From Mobula hypostoma (Eukaryota), in contig NC_086107.1 in the NCBI RefSeq assembly GCF_963921235.1, positions 116,128,001-116,192,000 on the forward strand: a DNA stretch of 64,000 bases. The letters run 5' to 3'. The translations under genes were made by a program, and so were the position numbers. Every line of letters begins with the position of its first letter. Position 1 is the stretch's first letter. Of the stretch, positions 62,868 to 64,000 are shown one piece after another. The notes below the pieces were generated by a model that was not told where the DNA came from, did not search any database, and saw only the letters and a list, made by a program, of their open reading frames with translations.

Positions 62868-62925
62868 CTTCCCAAAGCCGAAGCTGTGTGTCCCACCCAA
62901 ACTGCCGACGTCAGACCGGGATGTC
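62868..62925 (-). CDS. tex14: TEX14-like exon A (pre-kinase, TSRSDVGSLGGTHSFGFGK)
   Basis: ttcctcttcag acceptor, AAG|gtaagt donor, 58 nt. The SFGFGK motif matches the segment preceding the TEX14 kinase domain as I recall it. Confidence 0.85.
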
Positions 62926-63037
62926 CTGAAGAGGAAGCAGTGGGTAGTGACTGTCTGACAGAGAATTCTCCCGAATGTTATCACCCAGCAGCCCCACTAT
63001 CCAAAACTTCTCATCAATTGCCCCCCACTATAGACAG

Positions 63038-63040
63038 GCG

Positions 63041-63074
<34 letters not shown>

Positions 63075-63099
63075 GAAACACACACAGACACACACACAC
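63038..63099. repeat. (GC)n(CA)n microsatellite
   Basis: Directly visible. Confidence 0.9.
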
Positions 63100-63224
63100 T
63101 AAACCTGTGAGCTGTTTGACTGGGGTGGGGCCATCATGGTCTTGCAGAGAGTTGGGTCTGCACAAACCCCTTTCCTGGGGGGAGGTGAAGGGGGATCCCT
63201 CGCTGTCAGGTCAGCTGGGTTGAG

Positions 63225-63790
63225 AAATGGCAGGTGGAGTTCAAGCCAGAAATGTGTCAAGTGATTCACTTTAGAAGGTCGAACTTCAAGGCAGAATACA
63301 GGGTTAATGGCAGGATACAACAGCGTGGAGGAACAGAGGGACCCTGGGGTTCACAACCACAGACGCCTCATGCAAATTGACAGGATTGTTGAGAAGGTGT
63401 ACAGTGTGTTGGTCTTCTTTAGTCAGGGGATTGAGTTGAAAAGCTGCGAGGTCTATAAAACCCTGGTCAGAACACACTCTGTCGTGTCACCACAGAGGGC
63501 TGATTTGACAGATGATGAGAGGATAGATCGAGTGGACAGCCAGAGGTATTTTCCCAGGGTGGCAAAAGCCAACACCACAGGACAATCCTTTGAAGGTGAC
63601 AGGAGAAAAGTTTGGGGGGGGGTATTCAGAGGTAGATTTTTTTTGAAACAAGGAAGTGCTGGTTGTGTGGAATGTAGTAGTGGCAGATAAATTACAAACA
63701 TTTAAGACCCTGAGATAGGCAGAGGATGGACAGAAAAATGGAGGGCCATGTGGCAGGGAAGAGTCAGATTGCTGGTGGAGTACGTTATTA
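63225..63790 (+). mobile_element. Degenerate CR1 3' fragment
   Basis: EEQRDPGV, GIELKSCEVYKTLVRTH, IDRVDSQRYFPR. Confidence 0.75.
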
Positions 63791-64000
63791 GTTCACAGTT
63801 CAAAGTACACAGACCATATATAGTACAATTTTCAGATTCATCTTCTCGCAGAAAACCACAGAACAAAGAAACACAATGAATTCACAAAATAAAAGCACAA
63901 ACCACAAAGACAGTCATACATCCACAGCCATGAAGAAAGGTTCAGTACAGAGGTGAGTAAACCCTCCAGAGTAGTGAGCTGAACACTGTTTGCCCTCCAC

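Noticed and set aside
43141..62925. Active kinase (MLKL/RIPK/tyrosine-kinase-like) or processed pseudogene
   Set aside because: The catalytic motifs are absent and the flanking motifs are TEX14-specific. Introns are present and the exon frames are intact.
62926..64000. Promoter or first exon of the gene
   Set aside because: Exon A starts in phase 2 after a splice acceptor. The upstream sequence is microsatellite and LINE debris, so the 5' exons must be outside the window.

Overview
Eukaryotic, repeat-dense vertebrate DNA. The repeat families (HE1/V-SINE-like, CR1 and Rex1/Babar LINEs, Penelope-like fragments, a 52-bp GGGAGTGTGTGATGGGACGG satellite) suggest a cartilaginous fish, probably a ray (inference). 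The window holds most of one spliced minus-strand gene, a TEX14-like pseudokinase. I reconstructed it by hand as 16 GT-AG exons with consistent phases, running from 62925 to a stop at 17029 and an AATAAA at 16922-16927. The expected N-terminal ankyrin exons would lie beyond the right edge. The seven kinase-region exons are well supported; the C-terminal exons are less certain. About half the window is minisatellite arrays, many starting a few tens of bases from exons, and two arrays visibly derive from CR1 reverse-transcriptase sequence. Other points of interest are an intact-looking minimal hammerhead ribozyme in a TSD-flanked Penelope-like insertion, reciprocal LINE/Penelope nesting, inverted near-identical LINE copies flanking one exon, and a hAT-like relic. 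I see no prokaryotic-type system, and most long ORFs in the track are repeat artefacts.
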